Shown piece after piece: positions 28,229-37,794 of a DNA stretch of 58,947 nucleotides. Numbering within the stretch: position 1 is the first letter of the stretch; every line of letters begins with the position of its first letter. A program made the translations under genes and the position numbers. Source of the stretch: an uncultured Bacilli bacterium (GTDB taxonomy: Bacteria > Bacillota_I > Bacilli_A > RF39 > UBA660); NCBI GenBank assembly GCA_947631045.1, contig CANRJV010000002.1:1-58947 (forward strand), in the 5' to 3' direction. The notes under the pieces are model-generated. The model saw only the letters and a list, made by a program, of their open reading frames with translations. It did no database searches and was not told the DNA's origin.

Positions 28229-29311
28229 ATGCGTCTTATAATTTCAGCTGGAGGCACAGGGGGCCATATTTATCCGGCTTTAGCAATTATTCAAAAATTT
28301 CAAGAATTAGATAAAAATACCGAAGTCTTATATATTGGGACTCATAATCGGATGGAAAATAAAATAGTTCCGGAACATAATATTCCTTTTGTTCCCATTA
28401 AAATATATGGATTTAGTAAAAATATTATAAAAGATTTTAAGAATTGTGCTTATGTTATTAAGGCTTATTATAAATGTATAGATATTATGAAAGATTTTAA
28501 ACCAGATGTCGTTATTGGGGTTGGAGGATATGTAACTTTACCCGTTATAATGGCGGCCAAAAAACTTAAAATAAAAACTTTTATTCATGAACAAAATAGT
28601 ATTCCGGGGAAAACCAATAAATTTTTATGTCGGGGAGTAGATGGCGTTTTTACATCTTTTAAAGATAGTGAAAAATATTTTAGGGGTGCTAAATGTTATT
28701 TTACGGGTAATCCTTGTAGTGATAATGTTAGCAGTTTAAAAGGAGCTAGTAAAAAATCTTTAGGTTTAACCACCAATAAAAAATTAGTTTTAGTAGTTTC
28801 CGGTTCTTTAGGTAGTAAAGGGATGAATGAAAAATTAGAAGAATTTTTAAATTTAAGTCAAGATCAAAATTATGAAGTTTTATTTATTACGGGCGAATCT
28901 GGTTATTCTGCCTATCAAAATAAAAAATTTCCTTCCAATGTTAAAGTTATTCCTTATTTAGATAATTTATCACCCTTTTTAAAATCTTGTGATTTAGTTA
29001 TTAGCCGTTCGGGAGCGGGAATTATTGCCGAAATTTTAGCCTCAAAGGTCCCATCTATTTTAATTCCTTCTCCAAATGTTGCTAATAACCATCAATATTA
29101 TAATGCGGCTTCTTTAGAAAAAGAAAACCTTGCCTTATTAATCGAAGAAAAAGATTTAGATAGTCGTAAATTATCTGAAAAAATAAAGAGTTTACTTAAT
29201 GATAGCAAAGAATATCAAAATATTAAAAATAATTTAAATAGCTACAAGCAAATATCTAGTAGTAAAGCTATTTATGATATTGTGAAGGAGGCGACTAGAA
29301 ATGCTAAATAA
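28229..29311 (+). CDS. murG: UDP-GlcNAc:lipid I GlcNAc transferase MurG
   Basis: 360 aa. GGTGGHIYPALAI and the C-terminal SRSGAG..AE motif. Confidence 0.95.
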   Translation: MRLIISAGGTGGHIYPALAIIQKFQELDKNTEVLYIGTHNRMENKIVPEHNIPFVPIKIYGFSKNIIKDFKNCAYVIKAYYKCIDIMKDFKPDVVIGVGGYVTLPVIMAAKKLKIKTFIHEQNSIPGKTNKFLCRGVDGVFTSFKDSEKYFRGAKCYFTGNPCSDNVSSLKGASKKSLGLTTNKKLVLVVSGSLGSKGMNEKLEEFLNLSQDQNYEVLFITGESGYSAYQNKKFPSNVKVIPYLDNLSPFLKSCDLVISRSGAGIIAEILASKVPSILIPSPNVANNHQYYNAASLEKENLALLIEEKDLDSRKLSEKIKSLLNDSKEYQNIKNNLNSYKQISSSKAIYDIVKEATRNAK

Positions 29312-30179
29312 ATATGGAGAAGTAGAAGAAAACGCTTCTTTAGAAACTTACAATACTTATGGCATTAAAACCACGACTAAATATTTAGTTAAACCTTACG
29401 ATTTAAAATCTTTACAAGAATTACTTCTTTATCTTGATGAAAAAAAACTTAAATATTATATTTTAGGTAAAGGATCTAATGTCATTTTACCGGATAATCC
29501 TTTTTCAGGTGTCATTATTTCTTTAGCTAATTTAAACAAAATTGAATTTCATGACCATGTTTTAAAAGTAGAAGCCGGGGCTTTATTAAGTAACGTAGTA
29601 AGTGAGGCCATTGCAAGAAATTTACAAGGTTTAGAGACTTTAGGAAGCATTCCCGGAACTATTGGTGGGGCTTTATATGGTAATGCTTCATTTTATAAAG
29701 ATATAACTATTTATGATAAAGTAAAAGACGTAGAAGTTATTAGAAATCATAAATTAATTAAAGTGTCAAAAGAAGATATAACGATTTTCCATCGGCATTC
29801 TAGTTTTAAAGGGACTAAAGATATTATTGTGTCAGCAACTTTTGTTTTGAGTGATGGGGATAAAGAACTAATGCAAGAAGAAGTAAAAAAAACTAGAGAA
29901 AAAAGAATGGCTACGCAACCTTATGAATATAAAAATGCAGGGAGTGTTTTTAAAAATCCTGAAAACTCAAGCGCTGGTAAATTAATTGATGAAGCGCATC
30001 TTAAAGGATTCCATGTAGGTGATGCTTATGTTTCCGAAAAACATGCTAATTTCATTGTTAATAAAGGATACGCTACTAGTCAAGATATTAAAGAATTAAT
30101 TAAAATAATTAAAGAAAAAGTTAAAGAGAAAGATAATATAGAATTAGAATTAGAACAACAAATTATAGAATGGGAATAA
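29301..30179 (+). CDS. murB: UDP-N-acetylenolpyruvoylglucosamine reductase MurB
   Basis: 292 aa. FAD-binding region (LGKGSNVIL), GAGSVFKNP motif. Confidence 0.93.
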   Translation: MLNKYGEVEENASLETYNTYGIKTTTKYLVKPYDLKSLQELLLYLDEKKLKYYILGKGSNVILPDNPFSGVIISLANLNKIEFHDHVLKVEAGALLSNVVSEAIARNLQGLETLGSIPGTIGGALYGNASFYKDITIYDKVKDVEVIRNHKLIKVSKEDITIFHRHSSFKGTKDIIVSATFVLSDGDKELMQEEVKKTREKRMATQPYEYKNAGSVFKNPENSSAGKLIDEAHLKGFHVGDAYVSEKHANFIVNKGYATSQDIKELIKIIKEKVKEKDNIELELEQQIIEWE

Positions 30180-30182
30180 ATT

Positions 30183-30941
30183 ATGAAAAAAAACAAGAAA
30201 AAGAAAAAATTAAAACTTAGTGGTCTTATATTAATTATCTTTTTAGCATTTCTTGTTTCCTTATTTGGCTATTATTTATGGACAACACCGGTAAAAGAAA
30301 TAAATATCAAAGGCAATAATTATTTAAAAGATAATTATTTAATAACTTATTTAGATTTAAATGGTAAATCGGTTTTAAGTATGTCGCGAAGTAAAATCAA
30401 AAAGAAATTACTAGCTTTAGATTTAGTTAATAGCGTTAAAATTCATAAAAATTATTTGGGCAAGATAACGATTGAAATAGAAGAAGATACCCCCCTTTTT
30501 TATAATTTAAATACCCAAAAAGTTATTCTTACTAATAATAAAGAAGTTGATTATAGTGATGCTTTTTTAGGCCTTCCGGTTTTAATTAATGTCGTTCCCG
30601 AAGATATTTATCAAGAATTCATTAATAAAATTAGTACGATTGATAAAAATGTCTTATCTTTAGTAAGTGAAATTCAATATAGTCCCTCTAAAATAAATGA
30701 AAAAATTATTGATGATAAAAGATTTTTATTTCGGATGAATGATGGTAATACTGTTTATATAAATACGATTAATATTGAAAAATTTAATAATTATTTAGAA
30801 ATATATGAAGTTATTATGAATAAAAATGGGGGCGAAATAAAGGGGTGTCTTTATTTAGATAGTAATAGTGATAATAATCATTTTAATAATTGCGAGGAAT
30901 CTATCGTAACCCAACCAGAGGATAGTGGTAATAATGAATGA
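30183..30941 (+). CDS. divIB: cell division protein DivIB/FtsQ
   Basis: 252 aa. Basic N-terminus, single TM, POTRA-like segment (VKEINIKGNNYL). Position after murG-murB. Confidence 0.8.
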   Translation: MKKNKKKKKLKLSGLILIIFLAFLVSLFGYYLWTTPVKEINIKGNNYLKDNYLITYLDLNGKSVLSMSRSKIKKKLLALDLVNSVKIHKNYLGKITIEIEEDTPLFYNLNTQKVILTNNKEVDYSDAFLGLPVLINVVPEDIYQEFINKISTIDKNVLSLVSEIQYSPSKINEKIIDDKRFLFRMNDGNTVYINTINIEKFNNYLEIYEVIMNKNGGEIKGCLYLDSNSDNNHFNNCEESIVTQPEDSGNNE

Positions 30942-31548
30942 AAAAAAGAATTTTGATAAAATTTTAGAAGACTTAATTAATAATTTAGATCATAAGCCCA
31001 AATTATTACTTCATAGTTGTTGTGGTCCTTGTTCTAGTTATGTTATTACTTATTTAAAAGATTATTTTGATATAACTATTTTATATTACAATCCCAATAT
31101 TGAGCCTTATCAGGAATATTTAAAAAGAAAAAATGAACAAATACGCTTAATTAAAGAATTAAATTTACCTAATTTGGATTTTTTAGATATCGATTATCAT
31201 AATGAAGATTATAGAGAAAAAATTAAAGGACATGAAAAAGACTTAGAAGGTGGTGAAAGGTGTCATCTTTGCTATCATTTAAGATTAGAAAAGACCGCTA
31301 CTTTAGCTAAAGAGAAGGGTTATGAATATTTTGGAACTACACTCACAGTTAGTCCTTATAAAAATGCTCAAGTTTTAAATAAAATAGGTGAAGAGTTAGC
31401 ATCTATCTATAATGTTAAATGGTTATATAGTGATTTTAAGAAAAAAGATGGCTATAAAAAAAGTATTCTTTTATCGAAAGAATATAATTTATATCGTCAA
31501 GATTATTGTGGTTGTGAATTTAGTAATTATCATAATATAAGTGAATAA
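30934..31548 (+). CDS. queH: epoxyqueuosine reductase QueH (DUF208)
   Basis: LLLHSCCGPCSSYV, CHLCY and the C-terminal YCGCEFS cysteine pattern. ATG 30934 preferred over the GTG at 30925. Confidence 0.85.
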   Translation: MNEKKNFDKILEDLINNLDHKPKLLLHSCCGPCSSYVITYLKDYFDITILYYNPNIEPYQEYLKRKNEQIRLIKELNLPNLDFLDIDYHNEDYREKIKGHEKDLEGGERCHLCYHLRLEKTATLAKEKGYEYFGTTLTVSPYKNAQVLNKIGEELASIYNVKWLYSDFKKKDGYKKSILLSKEYNLYRQDYCGCEFSNYHNISE

Positions 31549-31580
31549 ATTAAATCAAAAAGGAGATTTTTCTACTAAAA

Positions 31581-31613
31581 ATAGAGAAATCTTTTTTATT
31601 TGACAAAATAAAA
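31581..31613 (+). repeat. left copy of a 33/34-nt direct repeat flanking a small cassette
   Basis: ATAGAGAAATCTTTTTTATTTGACAAAATAAAA. It overlaps the queH terminator 3' arm. Confidence 0.85.
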
Positions 31614-31759
31614 GAAATATCGACAAATGTTGTCAAAACTTCCTATGGACTTTTAATATATTGGTGTGCTTTAATAGTAAGTCGAGACGAGAAGTCTTGC
31701 CTACTTCAAAGGGGGTTTTGGTTGAATAATCAAAATTTTTAATGGAGGGAGGTAGTTTT

Positions 31760-31867
31760 ATGAAATTAAAAGTCTTTGACTTATTAAAAGTAATAATTTT
31801 TATTTTAAAGCTTTGGCTAAAAAATAAAAAAGCTATCTCTATTCGGATTAGTGTCCGAGTAAGATAG
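31760..31867 (+). CDS. 35-aa hydrophobic/basic peptide (type I toxin-like); not in the supplied ORF track
   Basis: My own translation: MKLKVFDLLKVIIFILKLWLKNKKAISIRISVRVR. Strong SD GGAGGGAGG lies 8 nt upstream. The ORF is embedded in a structured RNA closed by a long-range helix. Confidence 0.5.
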   Translation: MKLKVFDLLKVIIFILKLWLKNKKAISIRISVRVR

Positions 31868-31949
31868 CAATCTACCTGTAGGCAACGATTTCTCGTCTCC
31901 TAATAAAGATTATACCATATTTTTATATATATAACAATTGAAATGAGGA

Positions 31950-31983
31950 ATAGAGAAATCTTTTTTTATTAGACAAAATAAAA
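31950..31983 (+). repeat. right copy of the direct repeat
   Basis: ATAGAGAAATCTTTTTTTATTAGACAAAATAAAA. It differs from the left copy by one extra T and one substitution. Confidence 0.85.
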
Positions 31984-32034
31984 TTCAAAACTTTCACTCC
32001 TTTTAAATGTAATTAACAAATTACAAATGTTTAC

Positions 32035-33090
32035 CTAAAACTTTCTTAATAAATCTATTAATCTTGTATTTTTATAAATACTTTCTCTACCTACTTTTTC
32101 CAATTCTAGTAATCCCGCATCTACTAAACTATTTAAATATGTAGTAGCTGTTTGTCTTGTTACATCACATCTATTTTCAATATAATTAATTCTAGTATAG
32201 ACATCAAAGAATAAAGAATATAATAATTCGTCAGAATATATTTTAGGTAATTTTGTTATAAATTCATTCCTATAAGATTCCATTTCCTTTTGAATTTCTT
32301 TAATTAATTCAATAGTATTTTTCGATGTTTCTTCAATTCCTTTTAAGATATATATAATCCAATCTTCATAGTTATTATTTTCTCTAAATAGAGTAAATAA
32401 TTTATAATATTGGTCTTTATTCTTATTAATGTAATTACTTAAATAAAGAATTGGACTATCTAAAAGATTATTTAATACTAAATATAAAACATTTAATATT
32501 CTACCAGTTCGACCATTTCCATCATAAAATGGGTGGATAGATTCAAATTGATAATGAATTAAAGCCATTTTAATTAATGGGTCTCTATCGTCATTATTGT
32601 CATTAATATAATCTTCCAAATTTTTAAGTAAATCTCTAATTTCTTTTTCTTCTTGGGGTGGAGTATAAATTACTTCTCCCGTTTTACTGTTAATTAATTT
32701 AGTACCAGGAGTTTTTCTTATACCAGCTTTATTGTGTTCAATCATTCCTTGAAGTTCTACCAAAATATTAGTGGAAATAAAATTTTTTTCTTTTATTAGT
32801 TCAAATCCCCGCCAAATAGCGCTTCTATAATCAACAACTTCTTTGGCAGATTCATCTTTAAATCCACTTTCTGTTAATACTTTATAAATACTATCATGAG
32901 TAGTGACAATATTTTCTATTGCGCTACTATCTTTAGCTTCATTAATTGTAATTGCGTTAATTAAAATGTGTTGATTTGGAATTGAATTAGCAAAACCTTT
33001 TAATTCAGCAAGAGATCTTGAAGCTTCATTTAACGCTTCAAGTATTCTTGGTGTTTTTAAATCATAATCTTTAAATGGTAATAACTTCAT
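32035..33090 (-). CDS. Fic-family protein (AMPylase-type) with a C-terminal wHTH
   Basis: 351 aa. Fic motif HPFYDGNGRTGR. Inhibitory-helix-like SSAIENI (S/T-x-x-x-E-G/N). C-terminal TRQTATTYLNSLVDAGLLE. Confidence 0.9.
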   Translation of the reverse strand: MKLLPFKDYDLKTPRILEALNEASRSLAELKGFANSIPNQHILINAITINEAKDSSAIENIVTTHDSIYKVLTESGFKDESAKEVVDYRSAIWRGFELIKEKNFISTNILVELQGMIEHNKAGIRKTPGTKLINSKTGEVIYTPPQEEKEIRDLLKNLEDYINDNNDDRDPLIKMALIHYQFESIHPFYDGNGRTGRILNVLYLVLNNLLDSPILYLSNYINKNKDQYYKLFTLFRENNNYEDWIIYILKGIEETSKNTIELIKEIQKEMESYRNEFITKLPKIYSDELLYSLFFDVYTRINYIENRCDVTRQTATTYLNSLVDAGLLELEKVGRESIYKNTRLIDLLRKF

Positions 33091-33128
33091 GGTTATTCAT
33101 CTCCTTATATATAATATTACACTATTTT

Positions 33129-33177
33129 TTAACATATGCAATAAATATGTTAAATTTTTTCTATTTTTTTAACATAT
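33129..33177. promoter_or_regulatory. palindromic operator-like repeats in the fic / TPR-gene divergent region
   Basis: TTAACATAT (33129-33137), 7 nt, ATATGTTAA (33145-33153), plus a third half-site TTAACATAT (33169-33177). Confidence 0.5.
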
Positions 33178-33378
33178 TATTACAAGAGTCAATTATAAAT
33201 TATATTTTATAAAACTATTAAAAATATTTACAAGTTTAAAGAAATACTATAAAATGTATTTGAGTTTAGAGATGACAATGAATTTGGTCTATCAGTCTTT
33301 TTGGTATAATAATTTAATTTACGAATTAGTTTTATATGTGCTATAATAAGTCTAATTATTAATTAGTTGGGTGATTTT

Positions 33379-35550
33379 ATGGTTAATATTGATAAACTTA
33401 AATTGTTGTATAATAAGGCAATATTTTTAGATGATATAAGAACTAAAGATATTATAAATACTGGCTTAAATAAACATGATATTGAGGCTTTTTTAAAATA
33501 TAATATTCTTAAAAGAGTATCAAGAGGGCATTATGAACTAACCCATTGTAGTTCTTTACTTATTTATAGTAATTACTTACTAGAAATGAGTAAAACGGAA
33601 GAGGCAATCATTGCTCTTAAACGCTGCTTAAAAATTGATCATATTAATAAAACTGTTTATTCTAAATTAATATACACTTATATAAGATGTCATAAATATG
33701 ATGAAGCCTTAGAATATTTTAAATTCTTATATCAAGATGAAAGTAATCGTAAAATAAATAATATATATTTATATTTATTAAGTTTTTTAACTGATTTACC
33801 TTCAGAATATAAAGAGATAGCCTTTAATATGACAAAAGATGATTTTGACGTTTCTAAAGTAAAAGCCTTATGTAATAATTCTAAATTATATAATCAAGCT
33901 TTTTCTTCTATATATTATGGTAAGTATTTAAAAGCCATATATAAGTTATCGATGATAAAAGATGATAATAAAGATAATCATCTAAATGATGCTATAATGA
34001 TTAAATTATTATATTTAGTTATAAATAAAAATAAGAAAAACTATAAAAAAATGGAAACTTTAATTGAGGGGAAAAAGTATGATGAATTATGGAACTACTT
34101 AAATAATATTCTTTTAAATAGGCCTTTAAGTCATTTGGAAGAAACAATATATTCAATGGTGCTCCATTATTTTAAAATGAATGCCCTAAAAGAAGTACCT
34201 GAAAAGAAAAATAATCAAAAAGGTGATGATAATTATTTTTTAACTGCTGTCCTTAATTGTGATTATGAGTATGCTTATATGTTATATCAAGAATATGAAG
34301 CTTCTAAAGATGGTGCTATTCCTAAAAACAATCTATTTTTACCTCTTTTAGAAGAAATATTAAAGGAAAAAGATAAAATTCGGAAAATGGATGGTTATAT
34401 TAAAAAAATAATTACTAATATTAAAATGAGTAATCTTGATGAGACAATTCCTTTAATGAAAGAATTTTTAGAATATTCTAATAATAGTAATCATTTATAT
34501 TTAGTTATTTGTTATGCCAAAATTTCTTTATTAAAGCAAGATGGAGAATTTAAAATATTAGAAACTATTTTAAAGAAATTAAAAAGCCCTTATTTTAAAA
34601 TTGAACTTAATGATTATATTAATTTATATAAAGATGCTTTAATGAATGGCGAATATGAAATATCCCAAGTATATTTAGATATAATTAGAAGAAATACCGA
34701 TGATCCCAATTTAATTTCATCTTTAAGTAGGGGAATAGATATGGATAAAAAAGATGCGTTATATGATAAGATAAATCCAGATATTATCAAAGAGAAAGTG
34801 GCTGAAGCTAAAGTCGATGGCATTGCTCTTTTTCCAGTCATGGCCGAAGATGAACTTATACTGGCTAAAAAAATAATAAAAGAAATTCCTAATATGCGTT
34901 ATTTTACGGTGGCCAATGAGTTTGGAAAAAGAATAGTTCTTAAATATTCTCCTAAAAAAGGAGAAAAGTTTAATTATAAGGGAATTATTCAAAAGATTAA
35001 ACAAGAAATAAAAAATAAAAATTATGATGAAGCCTTGAGATTAAATAAAGAATTATTGGAATTCTATTTTGTTCCTAAATCCCATTTACTAGCGCAAATT
35101 GGTTATTTTTATTATTTTTCTGAAGATTATTCTGCAGCCTATAAATATTTTGTAGTGGCTGATGAAATGTTTTATAAACTTAATAACTATCACAATCAGA
35201 ATTATCTTAATATTGCTCATAGAATAAATCCTTTATTGGGTTATGAAAATGCCATGACTTTAGGATTTTATGATGAAGCTGTAAATTTACTTAAAAGTGG
35301 TAAAAGTATGACAGATGTTATGAGTCTAGGTCATTATGCTGATAGCGATATTCCTTATATCTACTTATTTTATGCTAAAGAATGCTACAAAAATGAAGAT
35401 TATAAAACAGGTGATGAATATTTAAATCTTGTTGAAGCCATGAAGAGTGAAGATGTTAATGTGGCAAAACTTTTTAAGGAAATAAGCGAAAATAAAATGC
35501 ATTATAAAGGCCGAAATAGTGAATCTTTAAATCGTAAAATAGCTAAATAA
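33379..35550 (+). CDS. AbiEi-like N-terminal wHTH fused to a long TPR-like helical-repeat protein
   Basis: The N-terminus ...FLKYNILKRVSRGHYEL resembles the AbiEi_4 wHTH ending (G.L.RV.RG.Y). The rest is helical repeats with A..Y...L periodicity. ATG 33379 preferred over the track start at 33367. Confidence 0.55.
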   Translation: MVNIDKLKLLYNKAIFLDDIRTKDIINTGLNKHDIEAFLKYNILKRVSRGHYELTHCSSLLIYSNYLLEMSKTEEAIIALKRCLKIDHINKTVYSKLIYTYIRCHKYDEALEYFKFLYQDESNRKINNIYLYLLSFLTDLPSEYKEIAFNMTKDDFDVSKVKALCNNSKLYNQAFSSIYYGKYLKAIYKLSMIKDDNKDNHLNDAIMIKLLYLVINKNKKNYKKMETLIEGKKYDELWNYLNNILLNRPLSHLEETIYSMVLHYFKMNALKEVPEKKNNQKGDDNYFLTAVLNCDYEYAYMLYQEYEASKDGAIPKNNLFLPLLEEILKEKDKIRKMDGYIKKIITNIKMSNLDETIPLMKEFLEYSNNSNHLYLVICYAKISLLKQDGEFKILETILKKLKSPYFKIELNDYINLYKDALMNGEYEISQVYLDIIRRNTDDPNLISSLSRGIDMDKKDALYDKINPDIIKEKVAEAKVDGIALFPVMAEDELILAKKIIKEIPNMRYFTVANEFGKRIVLKYSPKKGEKFNYKGIIQKIKQEIKNKNYDEALRLNKELLEFYFVPKSHLLAQIGYFYYFSEDYSAAYKYFVVADEMFYKLNNYHNQNYLNIAHRINPLLGYENAMTLGFYDEAVNLLKSGKSMTDVMSLGHYADSDIPYIYLFYAKECYKNEDYKTGDEYLNLVEAMKSEDVNVAKLFKEISENKMHYKGRNSESLNRKIAK

Positions 35551-35719
35551 AGGAATTTTGGATTTTTTGCTTGTGTTCAAGCATATAATTTGATAAAATA
35601 CTAATGGCTGTTAAAGTCAAATAAACATTAGTATTTAGCCTGCGCCGAGTGCTTATATAAAAATAAGTGGTAAGGGTATTAAATACTAAGAAGTGTAACG
35701 AAAGGAAGAGTGATTATTT

Positions 35720-36781
35720 ATGGCCGTAGTTTCTATGAGTTATTTATTAGAAGCTGGAGTTCATTTTGGACATCAAACTAAAAGATGGAATCCTAAAATG
35801 AAAGAGTATATCTTTACAGCAAGAGAAGATATATATATACTAGACTTGCAAAAAACCAAAGATTTATTAGAGGAATCTTATGAAGTTATCAAAGAGATTG
35901 CTACTAATGGTGGAAAGTTCTTATTTGTAGGAACTAAAAAACAAGCTCAAGATGTTTGTATTGAAGAAGCTTTACGTAGTAAATCTTATTATGTAACGGA
36001 AAGATGGTTAGGAGGTACTTTAACTAACTTCAGAACTATCCGTCGTCGGGTTAAACGTTTAGAAGAAATCGAAGAGATGGAAAAATCTGGTAAGTTTGAA
36101 GTGTTACCTAAAAAAGAAGTTATTGGACTTAAAAAAGAATATGATAAATTAAATCGTATCTTAAGTGGTATTAGAGAAATGGATAAATTACCACAAGCTT
36201 TAATTGTGGTTGATCCTAAAAAAGAATACAATGCTGTTAAAGAAGCCCGCAAATTAAAAATTCCCGTATTTGGTATTGTTGATACTAATGGTGATCCAGA
36301 TGATGTTGATTATGTTATTCCAGGAAATGATGATGCCGTACGTTCTATTAAAGTAATGTTAGGAGTTTTAAATAATGCTATTTGTGAAGCTAATGGTTTA
36401 GAACTTGTTGATTATGTTACCGAAGAAGACAAAAAAGGTAATAACAAAGAAGAAAAAATGGAAGATTTAATTAAATCAAAAGATTTTGATAAATCTAAAA
36501 AAGATGATACTGAAGAAGAAAAACCAATAAAAGAATTTAAAAAGAATAATTATAAAGAACATAGAAATAGAGAAGATAGAGGAAATAAAAAAGAAATCTC
36601 TAAAGAAGAAAAAGTAGAAAAAGAAGTTAAAGAAGAAAAAAAAGAAACTCCTAAAAGGGAAGATAAAAAAGAAGATTTAAGTGCGAAAACTTTAACAGAA
36701 TTAAAAACTATGGCTAAAGAGGCAGGAATTAAAGGCTATAGCACAATGAAAAAAGAAGAATTAATTAATAATTTAAAATAA
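35720..36781 (+). CDS. rpsB: 30S ribosomal protein S2 with a ~115-aa K/E-rich C-terminal extension ending in a Rho-N/SAP-like helix-extended-helix
   Basis: S2 core ([26 protein letters not shown]). The extension ends [34 protein letters not shown]. Confidence 0.95.
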   Translation: MAVVSMSYLLEAGVHFGHQTKRWNPKMKEYIFTAREDIYILDLQKTKDLLEESYEVIKEIATNGGKFLFVGTKKQAQDVCIEEALRSKSYYVTERWLGGTLTNFRTIRRRVKRLEEIEEMEKSGKFEVLPKKEVIGLKKEYDKLNRILSGIREMDKLPQALIVVDPKKEYNAVKEARKLKIPVFGIVDTNGDPDDVDYVIPGNDDAVRSIKVMLGVLNNAICEANGLELVDYVTEEDKKGNNKEEKMEDLIKSKDFDKSKKDDTEEEKPIKEFKKNNYKEHRNREDRGNKKEISKEEKVEKEVKEEKKETPKREDKKEDLSAKTLTELKTMAKEAGIKGYSTMKKEELINNLK

Positions 36782-36796
36782 AAAGGAGAGTTTAAT

Positions 36797-37675
36797 ATGG
36801 AAATTACAGCAAGTATGGTTAAAGAATTACGTGAGACATCTGGTGCTGGAATGATGGATTGCAAAAAAGCTTTATCTGAATGTAATGGTGATATGAATGA
36901 AGCCATGAATTATTTAAGAGAAAAAGGTATTGCTAAAAGTGCAAAAAAAGAATCTAGAATTGCTGCTGAAGGTCTTGCTAATATTTTTATTGATGGTGAT
37001 AAAGCCGTTATATTAGAAGTAAATTCCGAAACGGACTTTGTTTCTAAAAATGAAGAATTTGTTAAGATGATTGATGTAATAGGACATGCTTTACTTAAAA
37101 GTGATGCGAAAACTTTAGAAGAAGCAAATGAAGTTGAAACCGAGAATGGTAAAGTAGCTGATTATATTATTGCTATGGTCGCTAAAATTGGTGAAAAATT
37201 ATCTTTAAGAAGATTTGAAATCGTTAAAAAGAATGATGATGAAGTATTTGGTGATTACCTACATATGGGTGGTCGTATTGCAGCTTTAACTGTAGTAAAA
37301 GGTGCTGATGCTTCGGTTGCTAAAGAAGTAGCTATGCAAGCAGCTGCTATGAAGCCATTATATTTAAATATTGATGAAGTTCCAGAGGATGTTTTAGAAA
37401 ATGAAAGAAAAATTCAAAAGGAACTAGCAATGAACGAAGGAAAACCTGCTGATATTGCTGAAAAAATGGTTGAAGGTAGAATTAAAAAGTTCTATAAAGA
37501 AATTTGTTTAGTTGAACAACCATTTATTAAAGATGGTGATGTATCAGTTAAAGATTACGTAGCTAAAAACGGTGGAGAAGTATTAAAAATGGTTCGTTAT
37601 GAGGTTGGCGAAGGAATGGAAAAAAGAAACGATAACTTTGCTGAAGAAGTAATGAATCAAGTAAAAGGAAATTAG
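36797..37675 (+). CDS. tsf: translation elongation factor Ts
   Basis: 292 aa. UBA-like N-terminus (ASMVKELRETSGAGMMDCKKAL), TDFV motif. Confidence 0.96.
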   Translation: MEITASMVKELRETSGAGMMDCKKALSECNGDMNEAMNYLREKGIAKSAKKESRIAAEGLANIFIDGDKAVILEVNSETDFVSKNEEFVKMIDVIGHALLKSDAKTLEEANEVETENGKVADYIIAMVAKIGEKLSLRRFEIVKKNDDEVFGDYLHMGGRIAALTVVKGADASVAKEVAMQAAAMKPLYLNIDEVPEDVLENERKIQKELAMNEGKPADIAEKMVEGRIKKFYKEICLVEQPFIKDGDVSVKDYVAKNGGEVLKMVRYEVGEGMEKRNDNFAEEVMNQVKGN

Positions 37676-37737
37676 AGGGAATCTTAAATGATTCCTTTTA
37701 TTTACTATTGAAAACACGATCACTTTAATCCCATATA

Positions 37738-37767
37738 TTGACAGATATTAGACACATGTGTTATAAT
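37738..37767 (+). promoter_or_regulatory. strong sigma-A promoter (extended -10)
   Basis: TTGACA, 18-nt spacer, TGTTATAAT. Confidence 0.65.
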
Positions 37768-37794
37768 AGAGTTCCTTTGAAAAGGGGAATATAT

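Noticed and set aside
35560-35719. A structured rpsB leader (10-bp stem AATACTAATG/CATTAGTATT and a GC-rich segment) as an S2 autoregulatory element.
   Set aside because: The known S2-binding leader is described for gamma-proteobacteria. I cannot show homology or covariation from a single sequence.
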